DNA of 48,251 bases from Hadesarchaea archaeon (GCA_029259185.1 JAPDJF010000019.1:1-48251); one strand, 5' to 3'. Positions 27,351-37,327 are shown, counted from the stretch's first letter. Program-made: numbers and translations. The notes: a model not told the origin generated them from the sequence alone.

Positions 27351-28208
27351 ATGGTGTCTGTCAAGAGCTATGTCAAGTGTATGAAACTCGAGAGTTCGCT
27401 CATCGTCGCGAGCTCGATATTTTTGGGTATGGTGCTCGCTAGAGGAAGCCTGAGAATTCCGATCATGGAGTTTCTGATCCTCTATTCGATCGGGGGGATA
27501 GGCATCTCCAGCGGATCCCAAGCACTCAACATGTACTTCGACAGGAGGTTGGACGAAATAGGTCACCCTGGGAGACCATTGCCTCTAGGAGAGGTGAAAG
27601 CCCGGAAGGTCTTGGGACTGGCCATTCTCCTGCTGGTTCTCCCCTCCTTCTCCTTCCTGTTCAAGCGCGAAGTGTTCTACCTCTACCTCCTGGGAACCAC
27701 CATGGGGGTTCTCTACTCCCTTCCCCCCCTATCGCTCGGAAGGAGGTGGTACACTTCTTACCCCCTAGGCTCAATAGGATATGTATCTCTCCCCATGCTA
27801 GCGGGATGGATACTTTTCTCGGGACTCAGCTCCCAAATCCTGAAGGTTGTGTTTTTCTTCACCATGCTCTCAATATTCCTCTCCCCCCTCAAAGACTTAG
27901 GAGAGACCAAAAGCGATCGGGCATGGGGGAAGAGCACCCTGCCCGTCAAGGTTGGGGTTAAAACGACGTGGATGATCTCCTCAGCTGGAGTCTCTCTCGT
28001 AATCTTGAGCTTCCCCCTGCTTGGAATAAGGGGGATCGAATGGTTCGTAAGCTACTTAGTTTTTATGGCTACTCTCTTCATCCCCTCGATCTTCTTCTCC
28101 GAGAGACTCTTGAAGAGGGGGGTGTTTGAACTCGTCAGGGTCTGGGCATTCTTGGCCCAAGTGTTTTTCGCGGTGTGGTGGATATACGTCTCCCCCATCT
28201 TACCCTAG
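27351..28208 (+). CDS. UbiA-family prenyltransferase 2 (DGGGP synthase-like)
   Basis: ALNMYFDRRLDEIGHPGRPLPLG and LKDLGETKSDRAWGKSTLPV motifs, YSLPP. Confidence 0.85.
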   Translation: MVSVKSYVKCMKLESSLIVASSIFLGMVLARGSLRIPIMEFLILYSIGGIGISSGSQALNMYFDRRLDEIGHPGRPLPLGEVKARKVLGLAILLLVLPSFSFLFKREVFYLYLLGTTMGVLYSLPPLSLGRRWYTSYPLGSIGYVSLPMLAGWILFSGLSSQILKVVFFFTMLSIFLSPLKDLGETKSDRAWGKSTLPVKVGVKTTWMISSAGVSLVILSFPLLGIRGIEWFVSYLVFMATLFIPSIFFSERLLKRGVFELVRVWAFLAQVFFAVWWIYVSPILP

Positions 28209-28272
28209 GGATTGAGATGGCTGGGGTCCTTTATCTCTGGCTGCATGACCCGTCTTCAAGCGCGGTGGTTAA

Positions 28273-29046
28273 TTGAGCCCTTTGCACGCGATACTCAGGA
28301 GCTGGAAGCACGCCCTGCTCGCCCCCGAACGGATAAAGGGGGGGGAGTTCTCGCTGGGGTTCATGATTTTCTTCTCTTTTTTCCTAGGGTTCGCGTACAA
28401 TGCCCTTCATTACTTCGTTTATCCAGGATGCGGCCCCTTCCTCCTTTACGACGGGCTGATCTCCTATGATCCATCCAAAGCCCGTCCGAACCTCCAGTTC
28501 TGGCTCCATCACCTCTCGGGGGGAGCTGGGGCAGTAGCACTGTTCTTTTTCGCCAGCGTCCTCGGGTACTACGGCATCAATCTCCTGGGGAGAAAGATCT
28601 CTTACGACAAAGTTCAACACCTCATCTTCTCCTGCATGTTTCTGTACCTCCTCCCCCTCCCGTTCGCTTTTGTCCTCTACTGGCTCGACCTCAAGAGGTA
28701 CATTTACCTCCAGCTCTGGGCTGGGTGGGTGGGAATTCCACTGGGGGTTGCCATCACGGGCGCGGTCGCTACGGTGATGGCGTTTCGCATCTTGAATCGG
28801 GCCGTTGGATTCGGAAAACGCAGATCCGCTATCCTCTCCCTGCTCCTCCTCCCCATGCTTTACTTCTTGGGGAAGGGGGCGTTCATGCTCTTCACCAAGC
28901 GAATATTCCACACGGCTAAGCCCCTCCGCTATGCCCTGTGGACGCTCTACTTCTCCATCTGTGCCTTGATCTTTCACCTTGCAGGGGCGAGAAGGAAAAA
29001 GGTTCTCCCCGTCCTCCGAAAGGTTTTCTTACGATCTTGGGGGTAA
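28273..29046 (+). CDS. Uncharacterised polytopic membrane protein, paralog C
   Basis: WKHALLAPERIKGGEFSLGFM (63 bp identical to A and B), YNALHYFVYPG, FWLH and SCMFLYLLP. Confidence 0.8.
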   Translation: MSPLHAILRSWKHALLAPERIKGGEFSLGFMIFFSFFLGFAYNALHYFVYPGCGPFLLYDGLISYDPSKARPNLQFWLHHLSGGAGAVALFFFASVLGYYGINLLGRKISYDKVQHLIFSCMFLYLLPLPFAFVLYWLDLKRYIYLQLWAGWVGIPLGVAITGAVATVMAFRILNRAVGFGKRRSAILSLLLLPMLYFLGKGAFMLFTKRIFHTAKPLRYALWTLYFSICALIFHLAGARRKKVLPVLRKVFLRSWG

Positions 29047-29050
29047 AGAG

Positions 29051-29860
29051 ATGAAAATTCGTGACCTCTTGTATTTTTATCGTCTGAAGACTTGGAGAAA
29101 CAAGCTCAGCTGTCTCAGGTTTCTAGGTTATCCAGCGATCGGATTCGCTCTTTCCCCCACCATCAACCCTTGGAAGGCGGGCCTCGACACCCTCGCCATA
29201 GTTGGGGTATCGATGTTCGCGTACACCATAAACGATTACTTCGACTTCAAACGCTTAGGCGAGGAGAACTTCCTCTCGAGATGGATGAAGCAAGGGGCGA
29301 GTGAACGCAAGATCTTGGGCACAACTTTCCTTCCACTCTCCCTATTCCCGCTCGTGATCCTTATGAATTCCCTCTCGTTTCTCACCCTCCTCACCATCCT
29401 TCTCTTGACCTCCGCGTACTCAGCACCCCCTCTCAGATTGAAGGAACGTCGTGGGGGTGCCTTGATCCCTCCGCTCTGTGCCCCCCTCTTAATGTTTCAA
29501 GCTCACGTCTCTCTCTCACCCTCCCCAAGCCTAGAAGTCTTGCTCCTCTCCCCCATCCTCTTTTTATTCCAGTCCTACATGGAGTGTCTCCACATCCTGG
29601 ACGTAAAACCGAGACCCGGGAGAATCCTCACCACCTTGAAGGCCATCCCTCTGGGATCGATTTTCCTCTCCGCCATTTTCTCCCTCCTCAACCCAATTTT
29701 CCTCGTGACCCTCACTTCATCTGTGATCAGGGCTTGGGGCGTCAGGCACGTAGGTCCAGAAACCGATTTTCTGAAGCTCAGATCGAACGTGCTGGGTAAA
29801 ACTGTATTCGGTGAAGAACTCTTGGGATACGTTGGAGTGGGTCTGCTCGCCCATCTCTGA
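29051..29860 (+). CDS. UbiA-family prenyltransferase 3 (paralog of 20783-21655)
   Basis: YTINDYFD, YSAPPLRLKE, ECLHILD and DFxxLRS shared with UbiA 1. Confidence 0.8.
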   Translation: MKIRDLLYFYRLKTWRNKLSCLRFLGYPAIGFALSPTINPWKAGLDTLAIVGVSMFAYTINDYFDFKRLGEENFLSRWMKQGASERKILGTTFLPLSLFPLVILMNSLSFLTLLTILLLTSAYSAPPLRLKERRGGALIPPLCAPLLMFQAHVSLSPSPSLEVLLLSPILFLFQSYMECLHILDVKPRPGRILTTLKAIPLGSIFLSAIFSLLNPIFLVTLTSSVIRAWGVRHVGPETDFLKLRSNVLGKTVFGEELLGYVGVGLLAHL

Positions 29861-29937
29861 TTCACGATTTTCTCGGATCTAAGCGAACAAACTTGTACAC
29901 CACCAACCGTTTATTCTCTGATGCTGAGTTTTCTAAG

Positions 29938-30396
29938 ATGACTTTGGGAGAAGACCAAGTTGGGCTGACACCGATGATCGCTACGATCGTCTTAATAGGT
30001 TTAGCCATAGGATTTGGTCTCAGCATACTCGTAGGTTACCTAGGCGCTTTAGCGCCCGGACCGCCACCCAAACACGTTTCCCTTTCCATCACGTATGAGA
30101 ACGACGAGAATAAACTCGCAATAATTCACGAAGGGGGGGACCCTCTCTTCAACGCATTCGTGATCGGTGAGGGAGAACTCCTGAGATGGAACGGTCTGGA
30201 GCTGAGGGTAAACGGTTTGACAGAGAACCGGATATCATCTGCAGTCCTCAACGATGAGAACCTTCCATATTCTACAAGTTTCACGGCTGGTGACGAGCTG
30301 GTACTCACCTTGGAAAATAGGCTGAAAAAAGGTGACATTATCTCGCTCGTCTATATTCCCTCAAACCAGGTACTGATGGAGATGATCATCTTATGA
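29938..30396 (+). CDS. Type IV pilin-like protein
   Basis: QVG|LTPMIATIVLIGL; scaffold IIHEGGDPL.NAF..RWNGLELRVNG..FTAGD..GDIISLVYIPS. Confidence 0.8.
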   Translation: MTLGEDQVGLTPMIATIVLIGLAIGFGLSILVGYLGALAPGPPPKHVSLSITYENDENKLAIIHEGGDPLFNAFVIGEGELLRWNGLELRVNGLTENRISSAVLNDENLPYSTSFTAGDELVLTLENRLKKGDIISLVYIPSNQVLMEMIIL

Positions 30397-30818
30397 ACGA
30401 GAAAAGAGGTCTCTCCCCCCTCATGGCGGTGACGATGCTCCTAGCCCTAACCGTAATGGTTTTCGCCGTCTACGTAACGGAGTTCATCCGCTCACATCCC
30501 CCGAGTTCTCCCATCCGGGCTACATTAAAAGTAGAACGAGAGGACAACACGATTACGATCACCCACCTCCGCGGGAACGAAATAGGGTACGCCTTCAAGC
30601 TCAACGGCGGTGCGGTGCTCTGGCTGAACCTCGTGGTGAGGAAAAACGGAGAAAACCTGAACATCACGGGCGGAGCGAGGGTCGGGGAGCTCACGGATGG
30701 GGTGATAAACTTCGGCGCGGGGAGCAAGCTCGAACTCCCCGTGGGTGTGGAGAGCGGGGACGAGGTGAGCGTGGTGTACGTCCCCACGGGGCAGGTGTTG
30801 GTGGAGAAGAAGTTCTGA
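30393..30818 (+). CDS. Type IV pilin-like protein
   Basis: MNEKRG|LSPLMAVTMLLAL class III signal and pilin scaffold. Confidence 0.85.
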   Translation: MNEKRGLSPLMAVTMLLALTVMVFAVYVTEFIRSHPPSSPIRATLKVEREDNTITITHLRGNEIGYAFKLNGGAVLWLNLVVRKNGENLNITGGARVGELTDGVINFGAGSKLELPVGVESGDEVSVVYVPTGQVLVEKKF

Positions 30819-30823
30819 CGGCT
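30558..30823. repeat. About 265-bp near-identical direct repeat, copy 1 (copy 2 at 37491-37756)
   Basis: Offset 6933, about 10 mismatches; extends 5 nt past the stop codon. Confidence 0.9.
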
Positions 30824-30899
30824 CCGGATGGCCAATCGTGATTGTTTGACGAACTTGGACCACTCAGCTTTTACCCATTCCCTCTAAACCTCCTTATAG

Positions 30900-32678
30900 A
30901 TGTCGGGACGCCTACCCAAATCGAGGCTGCTTGGAGAACTAAGAAAGAGAGGAGTCTCGGTGATGGTGAGTGTGGTGCTGATCATTTTGGTCCTCTTATT
31001 GGCCGGATCAGCTTTGATGGTACTTTACGGACGTATAAGCACGAGAAGTGCCGAAGCCAGCTTCATGAACTCCGTCGAGAAAAGTTTTCTCAAAATCCAA
31101 TCAGCTGTCTCTCAGCTGGAGGCTGGAGACTCGCTGAAAACAAAGCTAAAAATGAGTGCGGATAAACCTTTTCTCTCAGCTTGGGGCGGAAGGGCGGGTT
31201 CTCTCTTCGTTACATCTTCCAAGTTCACATACAAACGGACGATAACCATCACGAACCTGGCCGACTGGGACCTCTCGGAGTATCCAGTACGGATCTGGCT
31301 AACCGCTGACAACTTTGACTTCAGCAAGACCCGAAGCGATGGTGGGGATATAAGGTTTTACCAAAATGAACGTAGCTTGGATTACTGGATCGAGAAGTGG
31401 GACGCTACCAACGAGAATGCAGTCATCTGGGTTGAAGTCCTAAGCCTACCAGCGTCTGAAAACGAAAACATCGAAGTGTATTATGGTTACTCTGAGGCCC
31501 AAGGGACGAGTGATCCGAAAGCCGTCTGGCTGATATATGAGGATATGGACTCCGCTCCAGAGGGTGAGTTGAAGGGTGCTACCGAGTACAAAGAGGCGTG
31601 GAAGTGTGTAAGGCTGACCAAAAACATAACGAACGAAAACGGTGAGTTGGAATACCAGCCCAGTTTGGGGGACGGTTTCCTGGCCAAGTTCGAGCTGTGG
31701 GCGGGACTTATGACCGGATTCGCCAACGTCTACGATTCAGATGTGATAGAGGGTGCAGAGGCCACGTGGCTCTATGCCTACGACACGTCTACTCCAGCCT
31801 CTGAAAATGTAGCTGCAGGGGGGTACCACTTCGTGTTTGATGAATTCGAGGATGAGATCCAATTATACTGGAATGGATCCAAGATAGCTCAAGTTTCAAG
31901 AACGGATATAGACAACTTCGACTGGCATTCCGTTGAGATAAGACACTGGGAAAATCGCATCCAGATCTACTACGATGGGTCAAGGGTGATGGACTACACG
32001 GATACTACCCGAACCAAAACAGGACCACTATTCGGGTGGGGGGCCAGAACGAGCGAAGATACGAATGAACACAGGATTAGGAATCTCTACGTCAGAAAGT
32101 ACGTATATCCCGAGCCCTCGGCAAGTATAGGAGAAGAACAACTCGTGGGGAGGCACTACTTCGGACCTAGGAGCTTTGGAGTCATCGGAATCGAAACGCG
32201 GGGCTGGTTCTACCCCTGGAGGACGTTCGTGTATGAGGGTGGAGCTGTAATAGAGAACGAGTCTGGCACCTGCTACATGGTCTCTGAGCCCGTGCTCGTG
32301 TCGGTCCAAGACGCGGGAGGCGAGAACGTCGGGATAACCGTGAACTACGTGTTCGTCGACGGTTCTTATTCGCTCGTTTCAAGCGGGGAAAGAGAGATAA
32401 CCCTCACGTGCACTTCATCTGGCTACCGGGTAGCGCCTACGGAAGGGCCGAACCGAGAAAATGTGGTGATCGACCTGACCCACATGGTGAAGGCGGAACA
32501 CAGAGGAGTGTGGCGAGATTATTTGGCGAGGGTAAGAGACGAACTCAACGCCCAGGGGCTGAACGCCTCCCTCGACGGGCTCAAGCTCACGATCCTGGGA
32601 AAGGTCACGGGGGCGGGGACGAAGGACATCTACTACCGGGAGAAGATAACCGAGATCCGGGTCGAGTCCATTGTATAA
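30900..32678 (+). CDS. Pilin-like protein with inserted DUF2341-like and lectin domains
   Basis: KRG|VSVMV signal; YKRTITITN..DFSKTRSDGGDIRF..LDYWIEKW..IWV DUF2341-like segment; lectin domain homologous to that in 4737-5774; C-terminal scaffold shared with 35688 and 36509. Confidence 0.8.
   Translation: MSGRLPKSRLLGELRKRGVSVMVSVVLIILVLLLAGSALMVLYGRISTRSAEASFMNSVEKSFLKIQSAVSQLEAGDSLKTKLKMSADKPFLSAWGGRAGSLFVTSSKFTYKRTITITNLADWDLSEYPVRIWLTADNFDFSKTRSDGGDIRFYQNERSLDYWIEKWDATNENAVIWVEVLSLPASENENIEVYYGYSEAQGTSDPKAVWLIYEDMDSAPEGELKGATEYKEAWKCVRLTKNITNENGELEYQPSLGDGFLAKFELWAGLMTGFANVYDSDVIEGAEATWLYAYDTSTPASENVAAGGYHFVFDEFEDEIQLYWNGSKIAQVSRTDIDNFDWHSVEIRHWENRIQIYYDGSRVMDYTDTTRTKTGPLFGWGARTSEDTNEHRIRNLYVRKYVYPEPSASIGEEQLVGRHYFGPRSFGVIGIETRGWFYPWRTFVYEGGAVIENESGTCYMVSEPVLVSVQDAGGENVGITVNYVFVDGSYSLVSSGEREITLTCTSSGYRVAPTEGPNRENVVIDLTHMVKAEHRGVWRDYLARVRDELNAQGLNASLDGLKLTILGKVTGAGTKDIYYREKITEIRVESIV
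32529..32636. repeat. 108-bp near-identical direct repeat, copy 1 (copy 2 at 37181-37288)
   Basis: Offset 4652, 5 mismatches; encodes RVRDELNAQGLNASLDGLKLTILG(K/R)VTGAGTKDIYY. Confidence 0.9.
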
Positions 32679-32757
32679 CCTCTTGATTGATCCCCCACTA
32701 GGGAACTGATCATCCATGCGTGAAAGCTAAAGGATGCGAAAACGAAAGTAAATCAGG

Positions 32758-35691
32758 ATGGGAACAAACAGAGGGCTCAGAGGGTGGAACTCAGTTTCCT
32801 TGATTCTAGCTCTTTTCCTCCTCCTCTCACTACTCCCACCCGTTTCAGCACCCTCCTGGACCGACACCACCAACCAAGATTTTTCCCAGGGGATCCATGA
32901 AAACACCGAAAACGTTAACGATGACGTGAGGCTCATCGCCGGTTACACTCAGGGCCGGTTCACCTCTAGAGTCCTCGATGCCGGGAAGACGGTCTGGAGC
33001 TGGGACACTCTCTCCTGGAGTCAAACCATCCCTAAAGTCAACGTGGAGAACGACAATGTGGGTACCGAACCCGATCCCCTCGTGGATGGAGAGTCGAGGA
33101 GAGGGGAGATCGTTGGAGGTTCGCTCCTTGACACGCGCGACAACGATGGGATCTACGAAAACGTTGCTGAAGAAAATGTAGGTATCTATACCTACGCGGG
33201 AGGTGAGACCGTATCCGAGGGCGGGACGAGTGGCATCTCGGGTGCACAGGCGGACGATGGGATCTACGAAAACCTGTATGAGAACGATTATGGTGGGCTC
33301 ATGTCGACTTTGTATAATTTTTCCTCTGGCGGAGGAACCGACAAGTGGTTCTACGATAGCGACGTAGGTGACGAAGGCGACCCTCCAGCCGATCCTTCAG
33401 ACGCTAGGTGGGAGGAGCAGACAGACTATGATTCAATTGCCAGTTCGGACGATGTTAGCCACACCTATACCATAGCGGCGAGTTCATTCAACAATCCCCA
33501 CACGATGTTTAAGTTCACAATTTCTGAGGATCCATCATCGATAGAGAACATCGAGTGGTCATGGGAAGGTCATGCTGGGGGCGATGCTATTGAAATCTTT
33601 GTATGGAACTCAACTACCGCTGCTTGGGAGTCTGTGGCCACCGATACAAGTGGCACGACCACAGATATTGTCCTCTCAGGGGCTATTACTGCGAGCGTTT
33701 CCGATTACATTGACGCAGATGGGTATTTCTATCTCTGTGCGATGAACGACTCAAACCGTGGGACGGATATTTCTACAGACTATGTTGAGGTCACTGTGAA
33801 CTACTCTGGAGTGGCATATCGGATGGATATCCAACACGACGTTACTGAAATCCCGAACGCAGATGATTATGAGCTTCAGATTGAGTACTACATCGATGGA
33901 GATACCGAGGCGGTCAGCGTCTACCTCTACAACTTCGCAACCACTGACTGGGACAACATCGGGGTCCTGACTTCCACCACTCTCGACAATTTCACATACA
34001 AGCTCACGGGCACAGACTACATCTCGGCAGGCGAGGTGAAAGTCAGATACGTCCAGCTGGATAACGACAGCACCCAAACTAGTCTTATGGTGGACTACTG
34101 CAGGGTTAAATCCGTTGTTTATGCTCTCCGCTGGGGACATCGAATCGAAAACGTTGCTGACAACTATGGGGCGTACGAGCTTACGATCAGGGGATACACG
34201 AGCGGGGACGGGGAGAACGTTGGGGTTTACATCTGGAACTCAACCACCTCGAGCTGGGAGTTCTTGGATAACTTAGATAACGCGGGAGTGAAAACGATTA
34301 CCAAACTTATCTGGGGGGCGGGCATCACGGACTATCTGGTGGGGGAAAACGTCCACATCAAATATGAGGATTACGACAACAGGGACAGCACCAAAACCAT
34401 CGTCCACATAGACCTCTGCATCATGCAAAACTGTAACACGCTCGCAGAGATAAAATTCCAAGTCGCCACGAGCGCTGACAACGTCAACTGGACTCCGTTC
34501 GTGGGTCCGGACAACACGTCTCAGACTTACTTCGAGGTTTCTCCCGCCAGCCTGGAGAACATAGGAGACAACCGCTACTTCAGGTATCGAGCATACTTCT
34601 CCAGTTCGAGCGAGGAGTACACGGGGGCAGACGGTCCCCTTCTCCACGATGTCACCATCGATTACACCCTCCCCCCTGAGGTCATGCCCACCATCACCAC
34701 CCTCGAAGCCAAGGGCATCCAGTGGGATTCCGCAGTATTGACGGCGAGGATAGGGTACGGAAGCTTGGACGAGCTGGAGGTGAGGTTCGCGTGGAGGAAG
34801 GCGGGTGCCACCGAGTGGAAATACACCCCATGGGAAACATGCTCGAGGAAGGAGTACGGCTACGAGCTCACGGGGCTCTCGGAAAACACCGGATACGAGT
34901 TCGAGGCCCAGACTAAGTTCGGAACCGGAGGGATCAGAACGTTCAGAACCCTCCCCGAGAACGCCAGGGCGACCACCCAAGAGGCGACCCTCGTGACCGA
35001 GAGTTCCGCCACCCTCAATGCATCGATTTATTACGGCAGATACGACAGCGTCACCATGCGGTTCTACTACAGGAAATCCGGAGGGGCATGGGAGAACACC
35101 CCCCCAGAGACTGTTACCTCGACCACCTATTCGAAGGAGGTGACCGGGCTTTCCAGCGGTTCGACCTACGAGTTCTACGCGTACATCGAGTTCAACGGGG
35201 GCAAAGACAACGACTATGCCGGCAGGAAGACCTTCACCACTTTCGATTCTTCAGCCGAGGGATTGAACTACGACGGACTCTCCAGCCGTATGCACGGCGA
35301 GGGCGGGTGGAACGGCATCCGCGCCACCCTGAGCGAGGTGAAGGGTTTCACCGCCCAGATACTCATCTCCAGACCATTCTACGGATGGATCACCCTCAGA
35401 GTTGTGGACGCGACGAATCCCACAGACCTCCTCCACCTCCAGAACATACGGTTCAACGGGGAGTGCCAGAAGCGGGTGACCCTAAGCTTCGAACAGGCAA
35501 TTTCGGGAGAGGTGTACGTGGAGATATACGACCCCTACGGCTACCACGCCGTTAGGAGGGGTTCGGGGTCCATCATGCCCGTGACGAAAGGGAAAGCGAC
35601 GTTCACAGAGTCCTACGCGCGCAGGGGAGGGGACGAGGTGGTGTTCACGGAAAGTGTGGTGGGGGTAAACGTGCTGGAGGTATTCACTTGA
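32758..35691 (+). CDS. Large secreted adhesin-like protein with jelly-roll-like domains and two FN3-like domains
   Basis: Sec signal (LLPPVSA|PSW); repeated V.V(Y/F)(I/L)(W/Y)N.TT..W(E/D) and DY/DL-C/V motifs; two LTGLS..T.YEF FN3 signatures. Confidence 0.8.
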   Translation: MGTNRGLRGWNSVSLILALFLLLSLLPPVSAPSWTDTTNQDFSQGIHENTENVNDDVRLIAGYTQGRFTSRVLDAGKTVWSWDTLSWSQTIPKVNVENDNVGTEPDPLVDGESRRGEIVGGSLLDTRDNDGIYENVAEENVGIYTYAGGETVSEGGTSGISGAQADDGIYENLYENDYGGLMSTLYNFSSGGGTDKWFYDSDVGDEGDPPADPSDARWEEQTDYDSIASSDDVSHTYTIAASSFNNPHTMFKFTISEDPSSIENIEWSWEGHAGGDAIEIFVWNSTTAAWESVATDTSGTTTDIVLSGAITASVSDYIDADGYFYLCAMNDSNRGTDISTDYVEVTVNYSGVAYRMDIQHDVTEIPNADDYELQIEYYIDGDTEAVSVYLYNFATTDWDNIGVLTSTTLDNFTYKLTGTDYISAGEVKVRYVQLDNDSTQTSLMVDYCRVKSVVYALRWGHRIENVADNYGAYELTIRGYTSGDGENVGVYIWNSTTSSWEFLDNLDNAGVKTITKLIWGAGITDYLVGENVHIKYEDYDNRDSTKTIVHIDLCIMQNCNTLAEIKFQVATSADNVNWTPFVGPDNTSQTYFEVSPASLENIGDNRYFRYRAYFSSSSEEYTGADGPLLHDVTIDYTLPPEVMPTITTLEAKGIQWDSAVLTARIGYGSLDELEVRFAWRKAGATEWKYTPWETCSRKEYGYELTGLSENTGYEFEAQTKFGTGGIRTFRTLPENARATTQEATLVTESSATLNASIYYGRYDSVTMRFYYRKSGGAWENTPPETVTSTTYSKEVTGLSSGSTYEFYAYIEFNGGKDNDYAGRKTFTTFDSSAEGLNYDGLSSRMHGEGGWNGIRATLSEVKGFTAQILISRPFYGWITLRVVDATNPTDLLHLQNIRFNGECQKRVTLSFEQAISGEVYVEIYDPYGYHAVRRGSGSIMPVTKGKATFTESYARRGGDEVVFTESVVGVNVLEVFT

Positions 35692-36506
35692 ACCTCCCAA
35701 ATCTCGGTGGGGCCGGGGTTTCGCCCATCTTCGGCATGGTGCTCGTTATAGGGATTTTTACGGGCCTGCTCGTGATCCTTTACTCCGCCTACTCGGCCGG
35801 GAGTTCGAAAACGGAGGAGGCTAAACTCCTAGCGTCGGTGGAGAAAGCGTTCATCCAGCTCAAGGAAGCTGTTGAGAGGATGGAAAACGGTGGTCACTTC
35901 TTGGTGGATATTAAGATGAACGCGGGTGGGTGGGCCGGAGGAACCCTCGCGGTTAAACCCCATGAGCCCCCGGGTGGAGATGCGTATGGGTGGCTGGAGT
36001 TCGTGTCCAAGAATTTGCAGCTAGGAGACCTCACCTTCATCTTCGAAGGGGGGGCGGTGATCGAAAACGGAAAGAACGGAATGGAGATGATCTCCCCCCC
36101 TGCGCTCATCACCATCAGCGAGGTGGAAGAGGAAAACGTCATCAGGTGGATAAGGCTCGACGTTCACCACATCCAGGTGGAGAACTACAGTTTCCAAATG
36201 GCCTCGAACCGCCCCAAGACGCTCAGGGTGGCGTGCACCTACGACAACTACCTGGTGTACCCCGAAACCGGAAGACCGAATAGGACCGAAGTAACCATAG
36301 ATCTCGGCTCGAGGGTAGCGACGGAAACGAGAGAAGTCTGGAAGTCTTATCTCGAGTCGTTGGTGACGACACTTCCGATGTACTATCGCGTCTCCTTGGA
36401 TCCCAGCTCGCTCACTCTTACCGTAAAGGGATTCAGGGAAAACAGCGACATCGCTGACATCTTTTACTACGAGAGACTCACCAAGATAACAATAGGGATG
36501 GGGTAG
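35688..36506 (+). CDS. Pilin-like protein (second scaffold type)
   Basis: GAG|VSPIFGMVLVI; FEGGAVIE, PNRTEVTIDL and DIFYYE shared with 30900 and 36509. Confidence 0.75.
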   Translation: MNLPNLGGAGVSPIFGMVLVIGIFTGLLVILYSAYSAGSSKTEEAKLLASVEKAFIQLKEAVERMENGGHFLVDIKMNAGGWAGGTLAVKPHEPPGGDAYGWLEFVSKNLQLGDLTFIFEGGAVIENGKNGMEMISPPALITISEVEEENVIRWIRLDVHHIQVENYSFQMASNRPKTLRVACTYDNYLVYPETGRPNRTEVTIDLGSRVATETREVWKSYLESLVTTLPMYYRVSLDPSSLTLTVKGFRENSDIADIFYYERLTKITIGMG

Positions 36507-36508
36507 GC

Positions 36509-37327
36509 TTGGTTGAAAGTGGACCTAGCGGGGGCGGAAGACAGGAGGGGGTGATCACCGTGGTGACGGCTGTGGTGCTGGTGGGTCTGGCCATCTTCGC
36601 CTTTTTCCTTTTCTATCCGCCGTATGTGGCATCCGAGACAAAAAAACTCGAAAAAGAACACATGGAGGGGGTAAGAGAGACTTTTCTTGACATCCAGCAA
36701 ATGGTGAGCCTGATGGGGGAGGGCGAATCCAAAAGCATCGAAATCCCGATGTATCCTCGATCGAGTTTCCTGATCCCTCCCTCGGGAAGTGCTGCCGGTA
36801 TTTCGATCACCGCCTCCGCTGGGGAGAAGTTCGGGGCACTCGCGTATCGGTTATCAAACACCTACTATCCGAACCAAACCTACGTGCTGGAAGGGGGTGG
36901 GGTGATCCTCGAACAGGGAGGGGTTGAGGTGATGACGTTCGACCCCAACTTGGTGTCCGGTCTGTATCTCGGCGATAACTACGCGAGGGTGGATGTGGAG
37001 GAGTGGTACGTTGTTGGGGAAAACGTGTGGATGTCGAAGACGGGTTCAACGGCCCTCACGATCTCATGCGTTGATGACGACTACGAGGTGTACACCGGGG
37101 ACTCCCCTAACGCCGAAAACGTGGTGGTGGATCTAACGGGAAAAGTCGAACACGAGAACGCGTGGACGGAGTATCTAACTAGGGTAAGAGACGAACTCAA
37201 TGCGCAGGGGCTGAACGCCTCCCTGGACGGGCTCAAGCTCACGATCCTGGGGAGGGTCACGGGGGCGGGGACGAAGGACATCTACTACTACAAACACGTT
37301 AAAAAGATCGAGATCTCGGTGAGGTGA
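36509..37327 (+). CDS. Pilin-like protein (second scaffold type)
   Basis: RQEG|VITVVTAVVLV; E.EHM..V..TF; YPNQTYVLEGGGVILEQ. Confidence 0.75.
   Translation: MVESGPSGGGRQEGVITVVTAVVLVGLAIFAFFLFYPPYVASETKKLEKEHMEGVRETFLDIQQMVSLMGEGESKSIEIPMYPRSSFLIPPSGSAAGISITASAGEKFGALAYRLSNTYYPNQTYVLEGGGVILEQGGVEVMTFDPNLVSGLYLGDNYARVDVEEWYVVGENVWMSKTGSTALTISCVDDDYEVYTGDSPNAENVVVDLTGKVEHENAWTEYLTRVRDELNAQGLNASLDGLKLTILGRVTGAGTKDIYYYKHVKKIEISVR
37181..37288. repeat. 108-bp near-identical direct repeat, copy 2
   Basis: Matches 32529-32636. Confidence 0.9.
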
